A stretch of 51,460 nt of DNA, the filler included, from Porpidia crustulata (taxonomy: Eukaryota): the NCBI GenBank assembly GCA_964255105.1. It is 2 parts of 2 records of this genome, joined end to end, with 100 filler letters (N's around TTAATTAATTAA, not from the genome) between each part and the next. Parts side by side here need not be neighbours in the genome. Positions count along the whole stretch, not along the records: positions 1 to 25,711 come from CAXUWE010000049.1; positions 25,812 to 51,460 come from CAXUWE010000050.1. One strand, given 5' to 3'. This document shows, one piece after another, positions 14,588 to 25,921 of the stretch; the stretch's first letter is position 1, and each line of letters opens with the position of its first letter. A program made the translations under genes and the position numbers. The notes beneath the pieces are model-generated. The model saw only the letters and a program-made list of their open reading frames with translations. It did not search any database and was not told the origin of the DNA.

Positions 14588-16660
14588 ATGGCCACTGCTG
14601 TCCATTTCCTGCCCAGTGCTCTCCTCAGCCCCCTGCCAATACCCGTCTTTCTATGCCCCCTGCTTAGGAAATTCCCATCGGTTTCGCTAATTCCTCGAAA
14701 ACTCAATAACCACAGCTCGAAATCGCAAAGGCGCAGGTATCAGACTGAGTCCGCCAAAGCGCAGACCCACGCGCTGCAAACCCCTCCAAATCTACTTGCT
14801 CTGCTAACATCGTGCCCGGGTTGTGGAGCTTTTACCCAGACCGTGAACCCTGAAGGGGCTGGCTATTACAATGTTACTCGGAAGTCTGTGAAAGCGTTTC
14901 TGGCTCGGAGCGAGAATGGACAACTCGGAGAAGCAGAGACTTTCAAGGAAGCAGTCGATCACGCGAATCGGGACGTACTGCAACAGCTGGGTATGCCGGA
15001 TATATCTGACGCCAAAGCTGTTGAGCAACGGCAATTGTTTCTTCACGACCGACATGTGACTGACACCCTGAGAGGATCTATGGGCTCAGAACATGTAGCG
15101 ACACCCGTATGTAATCGCTGTCATAACCTACTAAATCACCATACTGGAATTCCAATAATCCATCCGACTATAAATTCTATCCAGGATATGATCTCCGAGT
15201 CTCCATACAAGTACAATCACATATACCACGTCTTAGATGCAGCAGATTTTCCCATGTCGTTGATTCCTCAACTGCAGAAGCACCTTGAATTGACAGCGCA
15301 GAGATCCCAAAATCGTAGAGCTAAAACCCAAAGGTTCTACCATGGAAGAATGGCCGAAATGAGCTTTATCATTACGCGCGCCGACCTCTTGGCGCCGCAG
15401 AAAGAGCAAGTTGATAAATTGATGCCTTACCTCACCGAGGTTCTTCGGGATGCATTAGGACGCTCTGGGGCAGACGTCCGTCTCGGAAACGTGCGATGTG
15501 TTAGCTCCAGGAGAGGTTGGTGGACGAAACAAATCAAGGACGAGATTTGGGATCGGGGAGGAGGTGGATGGATGGTTGGAAAGGTCAACGTGGGAAAAAG
15601 CAATCTATTCGAATGCATTTTCCCAAAGGGGCGCCAGGAAGATGTAAATTTCAACGCTTTACGGCGAAATGCCACAAAGATAGTACCAATTGATCCACAA
15701 TCTGATTCACCTCAAGATCTCCACGCTACGACAGCCCCAGACCAAGCTTTCATACCTTCTCTCGGCGCCAGACCATCGCCGGACCTACTACGAGGGCCCT
15801 TGCACGAAGACTCTCTCCTCCCTCCTGCCCCAGCCGAAACCCGATATCCCGTCATGCCCATCGTCTCCTCCCTTCCCGGCACAACCGTGGCCCCGATCCG
15901 CCTCCTCTTCGGCAGCGGCAAAGGTGAATTAATCGATCTTCCTGGTCTCTCGCGCGGCAACTTGGAAGACAATGTCTTGGACGAGCGCAAACTCGATCTC
16001 GTCATGCGCCGTCGCGTGAAGCCTGAGCAATTCGTCCTTAAACCTGGCCAATCAATTTTGCTTGGTGGAGGCCTGGTGCGAATCACGCCTACGTCACAGG
16101 ATGTTACCACACTGGCATACCCCTTTGTGCCGCTGAAAGCACATGTAACATCCACGGAAAAGGCGGCAGCGATTCAGAGCCAGGAACAATCCTCCGGCAT
16201 CCCATCGCTCCTGAAACCCGGTATTGGAGCGTTCATAGCCTCCGCCGGTTCCTTTCCCCTCAAATGGGACGTCACCAAAAAGCGCGCGGGCCCGCTCACC
16301 TCCTCCTCGGCCGGCCGCCTGCATACAAAGATCCTCCCCTTCATCGTCTACTCCACCGATATCCTTATCGAAGGCTGCGGGTGGGTGGAGCTGGTAGCGC
16401 AGGTGCGGAAAAAGGATATTGAGTCACAGCTAGTGGGATACGAGGACCGAGGCCAAGGGGTTGCGCCTTTGGACGTCCCGGCAGTGGAGATCTTCACGCC
16501 TCACGGGGGACACGTTGATGCGCGGAGTCCCATGAACGGCTGGTTGTTGGGGGGGCCGAATACGGCATCAGCGGGCAAGAGGGCCGCAAGGCCGAGGAGA
16601 AGCATGAAGGGGGTGAAGAAGGCCGAGAAGATGGCAAAGCATCGTGGGCGCGGAGATTAG
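14588..16660 (+). CDS. GEP3: Mitochondrial circularly permuted GTPase Gep3/Mtg3 (YqeH family)
   Basis: 690 aa; CPGCG...CNRC zinc finger, DAADF, TRAD, GKVNVGKS, LIDLPG. Confidence 0.9.
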   Translation: MATAVHFLPSALLSPLPIPVFLCPLLRKFPSVSLIPRKLNNHSSKSQRRRYQTESAKAQTHALQTPPNLLALLTSCPGCGAFTQTVNPEGAGYYNVTRKSVKAFLARSENGQLGEAETFKEAVDHANRDVLQQLGMPDISDAKAVEQRQLFLHDRHVTDTLRGSMGSEHVATPVCNRCHNLLNHHTGIPIIHPTINSIQDMISESPYKYNHIYHVLDAADFPMSLIPQLQKHLELTAQRSQNRRAKTQRFYHGRMAEMSFIITRADLLAPQKEQVDKLMPYLTEVLRDALGRSGADVRLGNVRCVSSRRGWWTKQIKDEIWDRGGGGWMVGKVNVGKSNLFECIFPKGRQEDVNFNALRRNATKIVPIDPQSDSPQDLHATTAPDQAFIPSLGARPSPDLLRGPLHEDSLLPPAPAETRYPVMPIVSSLPGTTVAPIRLLFGSGKGELIDLPGLSRGNLEDNVLDERKLDLVMRRRVKPEQFVLKPGQSILLGGGLVRITPTSQDVTTLAYPFVPLKAHVTSTEKAAAIQSQEQSSGIPSLLKPGIGAFIASAGSFPLKWDVTKKRAGPLTSSSAGRLHTKILPFIVYSTDILIEGCGWVELVAQVRKKDIESQLVGYEDRGQGVAPLDVPAVEIFTPHGGHVDARSPMNGWLLGGPNTASAGKRAARPRRSMKGVKKAEKMAKHRGRGD

Positions 16661-17512
16661 ACTTTGGGCCACACTTCGCCGTTGGGATTAGATTAGCATT
16701 TCTGATCTGGAAAATTCGAGTCTCGGATTGAATCCACGCCAATGCTTCGAAAACTCAGGATCCACAAGTTGGGCCGCGACCGCTCCAGTCCCCCACGTGA
16801 ACCTCGAGTCTCGATGCCGAAGTTCCCCACCCAACTCTACTTGCTTGAGCTTCCAGTATGTCGCAGACGCTTCGCCCATGGAGGTAGAAAGCTAGTGGAG
16901 ACTGAATTATTTGCACGACACAAGGGACACAAGGAGATGGATCGCATGAACACCGGAACCAGTACTTCCCAAGGCCGATGTGCAACGTAGATTCATCGCC
17001 AGCGACGTAGCGCATTACTTATTATTGACAGTCGAGAAGAATTCAACGATGAGCTTTATCCCGAAGCTCAGGATGCGCTTCACGACAGGAAGGCGTGAAT
17101 AAGTACTTGGCTGCGTCTTTGGGCGCTGAGAAAGGATGCTTGTAAGGGTTTCCTTGGGTTCTATTGGAAGTGAAAAAACATGGGTGAAGTTGAACATCGA
17201 TCAGGGTATGAGTGGTAGAAAGTTTAATCAAAAGATTTGCAATTTCAATCATCGCAAACGAAAGTATTAAATCCTAGATATAATCCTAGATATGGGACAC
17301 TCTGTTTGCCAATGTATGCAAAATATGCGTACTCTAGATTGCTACGCGTACTGTGATCCAGGTACGTGGTTTGCATCCTATGATGACTGTGCGTCACTCT
17401 AATGCAATCTCACTCAGACCCACCAGGGGGCGGCTAGGGTATAAAGTATCCTTCGTAATGTCGTGAACTCATGAAGGCGTTGCGAAGGGTCGCTCAATGA
17501 CTCGAAACTCGG

Positions 17513-18364
17513 TTATTGGCTCTCATGATTGCTTGACCCCGCTCGTTCCAAGAGGCTGGGTGACACGACGTCAAGTGCGTCTTTGTGATGTCCCACCAAG
17601 ATATCGTCGTCCAGCGGCCGCCAGACCCATTCTCTGCGGCGCTTGCGCCGTCCGTGCACTGGAGTGGCAGAGCCGTCTTCTTCTTCGATGATGGCACGTC
17701 TCTCTTTTATTGCGGCCTCGGTCCTATGACCATCGCTATCCGAGTCCAATGAACCGAATATCGTCTCAGCATCATTTGTCGGTATGGTCTCTTCTAGTGG
17801 TTCGTGGAAGAGCACTCGTTTGGCAGGTGGGAACATCCTCCTCGGCGCACGGGCTGAAGTGGCCGAAACGTGCCGTCTTGGTAACGGGCTATTGCGGAGG
17901 ATGCTGCGAGCCCCCAGTGGGAGGTTGTAAGGAGTTGTGCTAGGAAAGGGCGATGTGTGGCCGGAGGCCGAGGAGCTTCCTGCTGAAGTGGATGACGGTG
18001 TGGGCTGATGGTGAAGTGGTGCTCCTTCGATTCCCCGCGAACCGGGAGAGTAATGTGAAGGTGAAGGTGAAGGTTCGAAAGCGTTGACGTGAGCGTTGCG
18101 TATTGTTGGCGAGTCTGTTGAGAAGCTTAGATTAGGGCCCGGCTTCGTCCTCTGTGCTGATGGAGGTGATGTCTGGAGAGAGAGTTTGGGCCGCTTTGCA
18201 GTTGCCACTGTCACAGGTGGCAGTACCGAGATCATCATATCTCCTTTTGGCACTTGTGACTGTAACATCGATTGTGGATCCTGCGATGTTTGTACTGTCG
18301 AAGGGGAAGTATGTGAGCAGGGTTCTTTGACCTGGTGGTGGAGGCGAGATGGCAAAATAAGCAT
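17513..18364 (-). CDS. Hypothetical Ser/Pro-rich disordered protein
   Basis: Long ORF, probable ATG at 18364; motifs KRPKLSLQT, RSILRNSPLP, KRVLF, KRRREWVWRPL. Confidence 0.65.
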   Translation of the reverse strand: MLILPSRLHHQVKEPCSHTSPSTVQTSQDPQSMLQSQVPKGDMMISVLPPVTVATAKRPKLSLQTSPPSAQRTKPGPNLSFSTDSPTIRNAHVNAFEPSPSPSHYSPGSRGIEGAPLHHQPTPSSTSAGSSSASGHTSPFPSTTPYNLPLGARSILRNSPLPRRHVSATSARAPRRMFPPAKRVLFHEPLEETIPTNDAETIFGSLDSDSDGHRTEAAIKERRAIIEEEDGSATPVHGRRKRRREWVWRPLDDDILVGHHKDALDVVSPSLLERAGSSNHESQ

Positions 18365-18831
18365 TGTGGTTGCAGTTGCCTTGTTCGCCCAGATGAGATG
18401 AGCTTGGTAGCACTTGCGGTTGTTAATGGATAATAGTAAGAATATGGCCCGGAGTTGCAAGAATAAGCCCAGACTACTCGGTCGGAGAGCAATTCGATCG
18501 CTAGGATCGGTTGGTAAGGCACGAGGGCAATTGATGAGCCGGGTGGCGGAGTTATCGAGCTACTCGTTGGGACTGTTGGGAAGACATGAGCGAACCGTGA
18601 GTTAGAATCGGATAGGCGATCGGTCAAAGACAGCCTGTGCCTTTCTCCAATTTAACATATACGATTTGTTTTGTCCGAGTTCTTAGTGTGGAGAATGGCA
18701 GATTTGTTGTAGAGGGAGTGGTTAGAAAGTCTGCGACTAGGCAGGTGTAAGACAATGACAGGTGGGATAGCGGATGGTAGAGCAGCTCGTTCTGGTAGTA
18801 GATTATGCGCACTCACAAGAGTGACAAGGTA

Positions 18832-19349
18832 CCCCAACTTTCAGGTTCCTGCCTCGCTTTTTAAATTTTCAGAATTTTTTTTTTCTTCGGATCCGAGGGT
18901 CAAAATCAGCTTTTCATGATACAGTGATCAACGCTTCGTTGAATATCGTTTCAAATGAGACAGATTGTAGATTACATGTAGTTCCATCTGTACACGCAAT
19001 CACATGAAATTCTAGCTTCATGTTGTTGATGTATAACTGATTTCATGATATGTACATCGTACAGCATGTCGCAAAATCGAAGTCTCGACTCATTTTTATA
19101 CACAGCGTGCTCACACAGCTTGACAGTCACAAGTTTTATGAAATCAGTATTACGTTAACAACACAAAGCTAGAACTGTATATAACTGCGTTCACAGATGA
19201 AACTATATGTAATCTATAATCTGTATGATTCTGAACGATATTTAATCAAGCGTTGATCACTGTATCATGAAAAGCTGATTTTAATCTCTTCGATCTAAAA
19301 AAAAAAAACTGAAAATTTAAAAAGCGAGACAGGAACCTGAAAGTTGGGG
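18832..19349. mobile_element. MITE/foldback element with about 220-bp TIRs, TA target duplication (Tc1/mariner type)
   Basis: TA|CCCCAACTTTCAGGTTCCTG...CAGGAACCTGAAAGTTGGGG|TA; arms align for over 200 bp; AT-rich; no ORF. Confidence 0.9.
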
Positions 19350-19639
19350 TACATAATTAAATGAAAAATGTATAATTAGGTCTCTGCTTAAGACTTAAAT
19401 TATATGCCACTGTGTACATACCTTGTGAGTCTGCTATGCTCATAGACTCTACGGCATGTTCGAGCTCCTTGTTATCTGCCCCGCTGTCTGCGTATCGACT
19501 TCTTGAGTGACTTGTACTCGTTATTGATGTCAGTCAGCGACTGGGTCACGTTATACGTTTCTGGGCAGATTGGCACATTGGAACCCAAGCACCACTCACG
19601 CCACCTACCAGTTCAATGGGTGTACCATACGAAACACAC

Positions 19640-19712
19640 CTCTCAATGGAACAGTAGGCACAGGGTTAGGGTTATTCCCACTAGTTTGGGCCTATTGTTC
19701 CGTTGAGGGATG
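19640..19712 (+). repeat. Telomere-motif hairpin element, copy D
   Basis: CTCTCAATGGAACAGTAGGC (19640-19659) pairs with GCCTATTGTTCCGTTGAGGG (19690-19709): 20 uninterrupted bp, 3 G-U; loop ACAGGGTTAGGGTTATTCCCACTAGTTTGG. Confidence 0.88.
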
Positions 19713-20120
19713 AATACGAGTGCTCTAAATTGATAGGCACGTAGGTCGTCGTTTTGACTTTTTCAACTATCGATCGGCAGCCCTACCGTATAAAAAGACT
19801 TGACATCAGGTCTTCTTAGAGTACTTACCTATCCACCTATCCAAAAGCGGACACCTCAAGTCACATGATCTGACTGTTCGCTTACCTTACCCGACAGATT
19901 CGAAGCAGTAGTGTGATTATCACTCATGATTGAGATAAAGTGACAACTTTTTCATGTTGTGCCTGTGCATCATTGCTTGTATCTGACCTGCTGCTGGTGC
20001 TTCCAGACCTTAAATTCCAGGCCACTCCACCTCTCGTGGTTATAGCCATCCGAGGCTACATCTTACATTGCATTATTCCAGACTTCCAGGTATGATCATG
20101 AATTTCAGCTCGGGCTCAAT

Positions 20121-22197
20121 ATGGCCAATTGGGAAGGCCCGGCCCTCAAAAGGCATGATAAAAGGACAATCATACATTTTGTAAGCACCTATCATTTGTA
20201 CTTCTCTCCCTCTCTTAGGTAATTTTCTAATCATCAATGGTGATAAGGATTACGACTGCTTTTACGCTGCCGTATTCGAAAGAGAGGATCCTAAGCTCCG
20301 CTTTCTGCCACTCGCGGTACAACAGAAACAGATTATAGTCACGTGCAATTACGAAGCTCGTCGTAGAGGCCTGCACAAGTTGCAGCTGGTCAAGGAGGCA
20401 AGGAAGATGTGCCCTGAAGTCATCGTGATGCTCGGTGAGGACCTAACGCGCTTCCGAGATGCTTCCAAAGACAACTACGATTTCCTCAGGAATTATTCAT
20501 GGAGCAAGAAGGTTGAACGCTTGGGTTTCGATGAAGTGAGTTACCGTCCTCGTTGGCCAAGGGTTTTCTTCCCAAGCACAAGGACTAATCAGTCAGGTAT
20601 TCATGGATGTCAGCGATATGATTGATTACAACGTTGACCTTCTCAATTTCAACCATCTAGCGGCATCCTTCTTCAATCTGGATCGTCACGACCCAACTGT
20701 TGGATTTGACTTCGATGCCACGGAATATTATGGCCATATCTACCCGGAGACTTTGCCGCATTTCAGTGGTCCATCCCCAGCATCGATATCGCCGGGTTCC
20801 AGGGATTCGTATTCTCTCTCTATGCGACTCCGACTTGGATCTCATCTTTCCCGCTATCTAAGAAATCGACTCGAAGAGCAGAAAGGCTATACCTGCACTG
20901 TTGGTGTTAGTACAAATAAGCTCTTATCGAAATTGGTGGGCAACCTCCATAAGCCCAAAGGCCAGACAACGCTTGTCCCCCCATATGTTACCATGTCAGA
21001 GAACGAGGACAGCAATGTCAACCAATTCATTGACGGCCATGATATTGGCAAAGTACCAGGAGTTGGATTTAAAACTGCACAGAAGATCAGGGGCTTTTTA
21101 CTAGGGCGTGCAGCTGCGTTTGATACAGGCCTGGTTTATGGGCCAACGAAGGAGAATATTACAGTCAGTGCCGTTCGGAGACACCCGAACGTCAGCCTGC
21201 AATCTCTAGAGAGACTCCTGGGTGGTGCTAGGGCGCCTAAGGGTATCGGCGCAGTGATTTGGGGTCTACTCCAAGGCATTGATGAATCCGAAGTGGCAAA
21301 AGCTAGAGATGTGCCTCAGCAAATCAGCATTGTCTGTCACTCCTGGATAATAACTCGCAACGTCTTATCTAATATTTTCAGCAGGAGGATAGCTATCTCA
21401 GACTTGACACGATGGAAGAGCTCAAGAAAGAATTGACAATGCTTGCACGAAGCCTGATTAAACGGATGCGCCTAGACCTCACCTCAGACATCAACGATGA
21501 CGATATCGGGCTGCTCAACGGCGATGAAGAACAGCTGAGCAAGAACGATGCCGAAATACCAAGAAGATGGATCGCGTATCCTCGAACACTAAGACTAACA
21601 ACCCGCCCACGTCTGCCGCTAAATCCTGATGGAACCCGTTCGAGAACTTTCAACCGCATCTCTCGATCGTGTAACATGCCCTCAACGATCTTCAGCCTCG
21701 CCAATGATGTGGACGTCTTAGCAGCTCAGCTGGTGACTGATACTCTTATTTCCGTGTTTCGCAAGCTACACCCGGAACGATCTGGCTGGAATCTGAGTCT
21801 GGTCAACCTTTGCGCCACTAACATGACTCTCGTTGCGAACGACAGCAGGGACGGAGTTGGGAGGAGTATCGAGAAGATGTTCAAGAAGCAGGAGGACTCC
21901 CTGAAAGAATGGAAGGTCGAGGATGTTGATATCGCACCTTCAGGTAATGACTTCGGGATCCAACAGCAACCTCCCACTTCGGTGAACAATGAAGTCTTGA
22001 CGGCCAATCTTCAAGCCGGCGATTATTATGGTTCCGAGGATGTCCGAGACTCGACACAGCAGATTAACGACAACGACAACACATGGAACAGTGAGGACGA
22101 TGCCCTGGACCCTGGTGTCGCTTGTCACATTTGCGATGCAGTGATGCCACCGTTTGCGATGGCTGCCCATGAGCGATTTCACGCAATGCCAGACTAG
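20121..22197 (+). CDS. Y-family translesion DNA polymerase (iota-like) with C-terminal UBZ finger
   Basis: Exons 20121-20180, 20248-20535, 20597-21331, 21385-22197; IIHF-DYDCFYA, TCNYEARRRG, ERLGFDE, NKLLSKL..HKPKGQT, CHIC..HERFH. Confidence 0.9.
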
Positions 22198-22554
22198 TAT
22201 TCTGCTCCGAGAGCTGCTGTATCAGCATTGACTTACCCGCCCTTCGATCTTCCAGGTAGTGTATATGTCCAACTGGTCATATACGTCAAAAACCTACTGG
22301 TTCGATGTACGCATATGTTCCATCGTATTTAGAAGCGGAGGCTAAGATGTAAAGCACTTGGTATCGCAGGAAAAATTGGACAGAGCAGGCTAACTCCTGG
22401 CTTTCGGAAAACAAATTGCCAGCCACGGAATTGTGGAAGACCAAAACCCGCACGATCTGGTGCATATTTGCATCAATCATGGTTCCTAAAAGAGAAATCG
22501 CTCTCAAAGCCAAATGTCACTCCTCCTAGCAATTCCGTGCCTACTGCTAGCCGT

Positions 22555-22791
22555 TCACCACTGATCACCCCATAACGGTGCCTGAAAGTCTCGGAGTCGG
22601 GGGGTCCGATCTCCATCCCCCGATCTTGCATAGGCTCCATCCTGAGCCCGACATGGATGACACATTTGAGGTAGGCGAAGGAACTTTGTCTTCGCTTCAC
22701 AGGCGCCGTTGATTCTACAGTGATCGCAACTCATGGTACCGGCATTGCGAATACAGCTGCAGGCATAAAATATCGCATGCTTGAGACACAT
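22555..22791 (-). CDS. Small Cys-rich hypothetical protein (78 aa)
   Basis: MCLKHAIFYACSC...CDHC...C...CHPC pattern. Confidence 0.45.
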   Translation of the reverse strand: MCLKHAIFYACSCIRNAGTMSCDHCRINGACEAKTKFLRLPQMCHPCRAQDGAYARSGDGDRTPRLRDFQAPLWGDQW

Positions 22792-23204
22792 TGTGTGGAG
22801 CTGTTCGGCAAGCGGTTCCGTAGGCTTGAAGAGTACTGAGGGAGATGTATTGGACCGGCTTCGTTGGATTGGTAGCAGTCTGACGGGAGCGAAGGGAAAA
22901 ATTCCTGTAAAGTTATAGGCAATCCTAGTGTGAGTGTCCATCACAGTCAGATGAAGACTCACGCAAGTGAATAAATGCGGAGAAGACGTATGAATGAGGT
23001 TGCGATCCGGGGTGCTTCAGGATGATTCAACACAAGTACCATAGGTTTCTGGGTTTGCTTGTCAAGGGCTAGATAATCCCGATATTTCAGATGTCGATGC
23101 TCGGAGATCAAGATCAGCAAAGCATAGGTATCGATCGTTCGGTCCAACTAGTTTGCTCACTTTATCAATCGGTACTTCGCTGTCCTCTTGCTACCGATCA
23201 AATC

Positions 23205-24140
23205 TCATTCAATCTGGCCCTTCCACCACGCGACGGACCCCAGTACAAAAACCACGGTCAATGCATCAGCGACCAGCTGCGTAATTATTCCGCTATATCT
23301 GACTGCAAGCGATGCATAAGTCCCGAACGGCTCCGGTAACATTCCCGACAACATGCCCATCATCCCCAAAGGGGCTGTCCGTGCCCCTTCTAGAAAGAAC
23401 TTCGTACTCTGTAGAACAAGCTCTGCCGTTGCGAATATCCAAAAGAAATTCTGAGTCGCTTCCTCTCCCTGGACAACCCCGGCTCGTGCGACCTGAGAGC
23501 CGCTGAAAGGTGCACTCCACACAATGTAAATCCCCAACGCGAAGGCCATGACGGCGTGCATGATTTTCCAAATATCTCTCCCCTTCTTTTCTTGCCCATT
23601 CATTTCTTGCCCCTGCGCCGGCTCTCCCCCACCTTGAGCGCCCATCATGGCGGCTAGCGCAGGAGGTAATCCTCCATGTCCACCTCCTTGACCGGGTCCT
23701 CCTCCAGCCCCGCCAAGCATCTGCTGCAGCATGCGCATCATTGGATCCTCGCCCCCGCCATAATCCTCTTGCTGCGGACCGAAAGAGCTCCGTTGCTGTT
23801 GCTCGCCATGAGAGGTGCTGCGGAGTAGCTGCCTTATCTCTGCTTCGGTGGGACCGCTATTGTTATTCGAGCGAGGGGTGTATGGGTGATCTGATATGTC
23901 CACTTCATCCGGATCTTCTGCATTACTAGACGCTGATGGGCTTCTGGCAGTTTCTGACAGCGACGAAGGGTTATTTGGCTCGGGGGCGGGGCGACCGGAG
24001 AGATTGGTGATTTTCTCCAAACGAGAAGATCCTCCGGCATTGATCTTGGCGGCCCGGCGTTCGCGGCGGAGGCGGGCTTGCTTTTGTGCGGAAGATTCTT
24101 CGGATTCATTACGAGCAGTTTGAGTTTCCGGGGTGGACAT
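23205..24140 (-). CDS. GET2: GET complex subunit Get2
   Basis: QARLRRERRAAKI..GGSSRLEKIT motif, disordered middle, C-terminal TM helices. Confidence 0.85.
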   Translation of the reverse strand: MSTPETQTARNESEESSAQKQARLRRERRAAKINAGGSSRLEKITNLSGRPAPEPNNPSSLSETARSPSASSNAEDPDEVDISDHPYTPRSNNNSGPTEAEIRQLLRSTSHGEQQQRSSFGPQQEDYGGGEDPMMRMLQQMLGGAGGGPGQGGGHGGLPPALAAMMGAQGGGEPAQGQEMNGQEKKGRDIWKIMHAVMAFALGIYIVWSAPFSGSQVARAGVVQGEEATQNFFWIFATAELVLQSTKFFLEGARTAPLGMMGMLSGMLPEPFGTYASLAVRYSGIITQLVADALTVVFVLGSVAWWKGQIE

Positions 24141-24358
24141 TGTTGATAACGAGGTGAATACTAAATAATGAGCTGTCTTGAAGTGGTCAGAATTTAACGG
24201 AGCTGCACGCGTTTCCCCACAGGGCTGAGTTAGTGAATTTGTCTAGGCGAAATAAAGCTAGCACCCTTTCGCTTACTTTTACACAAATATTGGAAAATCA
24301 ATCTTCGCCGATAACCACAACGAAGCGATTCCCCGAATAGCGCCAGGAACTCGCAATC

Positions 24359-25023
24359 ATGTACGATACCTAGTGCAGAAAACCACAAGGGTACATATTG
24401 ACCTACGTGCCAGGCTGATCCCCAAAGCCGACCGCAAGAAGATCCACGAGTATCTCTTCCGTGGTATGTCTGGCATGGAATGAGACTTCAACGACGATTA
24501 CGAACTAACCTGAACGCAGAGGGTGTACTTGTGGCAAAGAAAGACTACAACATGCCCAAGCACGGCGAGATTGACACGAAGAATCTCTTCGTACGCGACC
24601 TTCCAACACCTTGACTGTTGATTGCACTGACACATCTCCCCTCAGGTCGTAAAAGCTTGCCAATCTCTTACATCCCGCGGCTACCTCAAGACCCAATTCT
24701 CTTGGCAATGGTACTACTACACCCTCACCCCCGAGGGACTCGACTACCTCCGCGAATGGCTCCATCTCCCCGCTGAAATTGTGCCGGCAACCCACATCAA
24801 ACAACAACGCTCGCACGCTCCCCCCAAGGGCATGATGGGTGGTGATGACCGTGAGCGCCGTCCGGCTGGGCGCGGGGCTCCTCGTGGGGATCGCGGGGAT
24901 AGAGATGGTGGATACAGACGCCGTGATGCAGGCGACGGTAAGGAAGGCGGTGCTCCCGGAGAATTTGCCCCTACGTTCCGTGGAGGGTTTGGGCGGGGCC
25001 GTGGTGCACCTCCGGCTTCATAA
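24359..25023 (+). CDS. RPS10: 40S ribosomal protein S10 (eS10)
   Basis: Spliced [26 protein letters not shown]...[37 protein letters not shown] tail; three introns. Confidence 0.95.
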
Positions 25024-25316
25024 ATAGCCATCTGGAGAGCATGGAAAAGGGCTGGACGGTAGCGTGTTTGGTCTAGTGAAAGAAATTGCCGGGGGAGGTA
25101 CAGTCGAAGGTGGCAGATGACACTGCACTGAGCTTAGGTAGAAAATGCAATCACTAGATGCAGTCTTGCTGCTCAAAGTAAATTACTGACTACTAAACAT
25201 TGGGCACCCTTACATTTATACTCGGTTTGCTTCTATCTGCGATAATAATCATCATCAATGCAGCCAGGGGCCACTTGATCTGACACATCACCAAAATCTC
25301 GGGATTCCCTGCCTGC

Positions 25317-25711
25317 TCATAGTCCATCTGCTCTATGCGCCCTCAGCTTATCGTACCGCAGCACGGCGCCCATGAGGACCTGAGCACCATTCGCACAATC
25401 TTCCGGTGTGCAGTACTCGGCCGGGTTATGCGACACGCCATGCCGGCAAGGCACGAAAATCATCGACGTCGGTACCCTCTTGCTCGTGAAGACGCTATCA
25501 TGTCCTGCCCGTAACAGATCAGCTTCCCTCTGTTGTCTTTGAAAGACGGAACCATCTCACCTGCGCCTGAAATCATAGCCTGCATCAAAGAATCCGCATT
25601 GTCCCCGAACAAATCCTTCGCACTCTCCTCGACGCACCGAATACAATCTTCATCAAAGCTGATGGCGGTACTCGGCGCATCCAGCGTCCACTCAACCGTG
25701 CATCCCCGCCC
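25317..25711 (-). CDS. 3' end of M20 amidohydrolase (beta-alanine synthase/N-carbamoyl-amino-acid hydrolase type), truncated by assembly gap
   Basis: SGAG-HDSVFTSKRVPTSMIFVPCRHGVSHNPAEYCTPEDCANGAQVL. Confidence 0.85.
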
Positions 25712-25811
25712 NNNNNNNNNNNNNNNNNNNNNNNNNNNNNNNNNNNNNNNNNNNNTTAATTAATTAANNNNNNNNNNNNNNNNNNNNNNNNNNNNNNNNN
25801 NNNNNNNNNNN
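25712..25811. other. Artificial assembly gap/linker N44-TTAATTAATTAA-N44
   Basis: Palindromic six-frame-stop sequence at 25756-25767 centred in 100 positions. Confidence 0.95.
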
Positions 25812-25900
25812 CCCCCGGATGATACAACATGGGGATCAGAGTCCCGAGGCGAACGTTTGGCGCGTGGGCATGTACAACAGTTAGTCAACATAGGCAGCGC

Positions 25901-25921
25901 ACATACACATACACATACACA
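25901..25921. repeat. Short (ACATAC)n microsatellite
   Basis: ACATACACATACACATACACA. Confidence 0.6.

Noticed and set aside
16688..17252. Overlapping short ORFs downstream of GEP3
   Set aside because: No recognisable domain; cannot build a gene model
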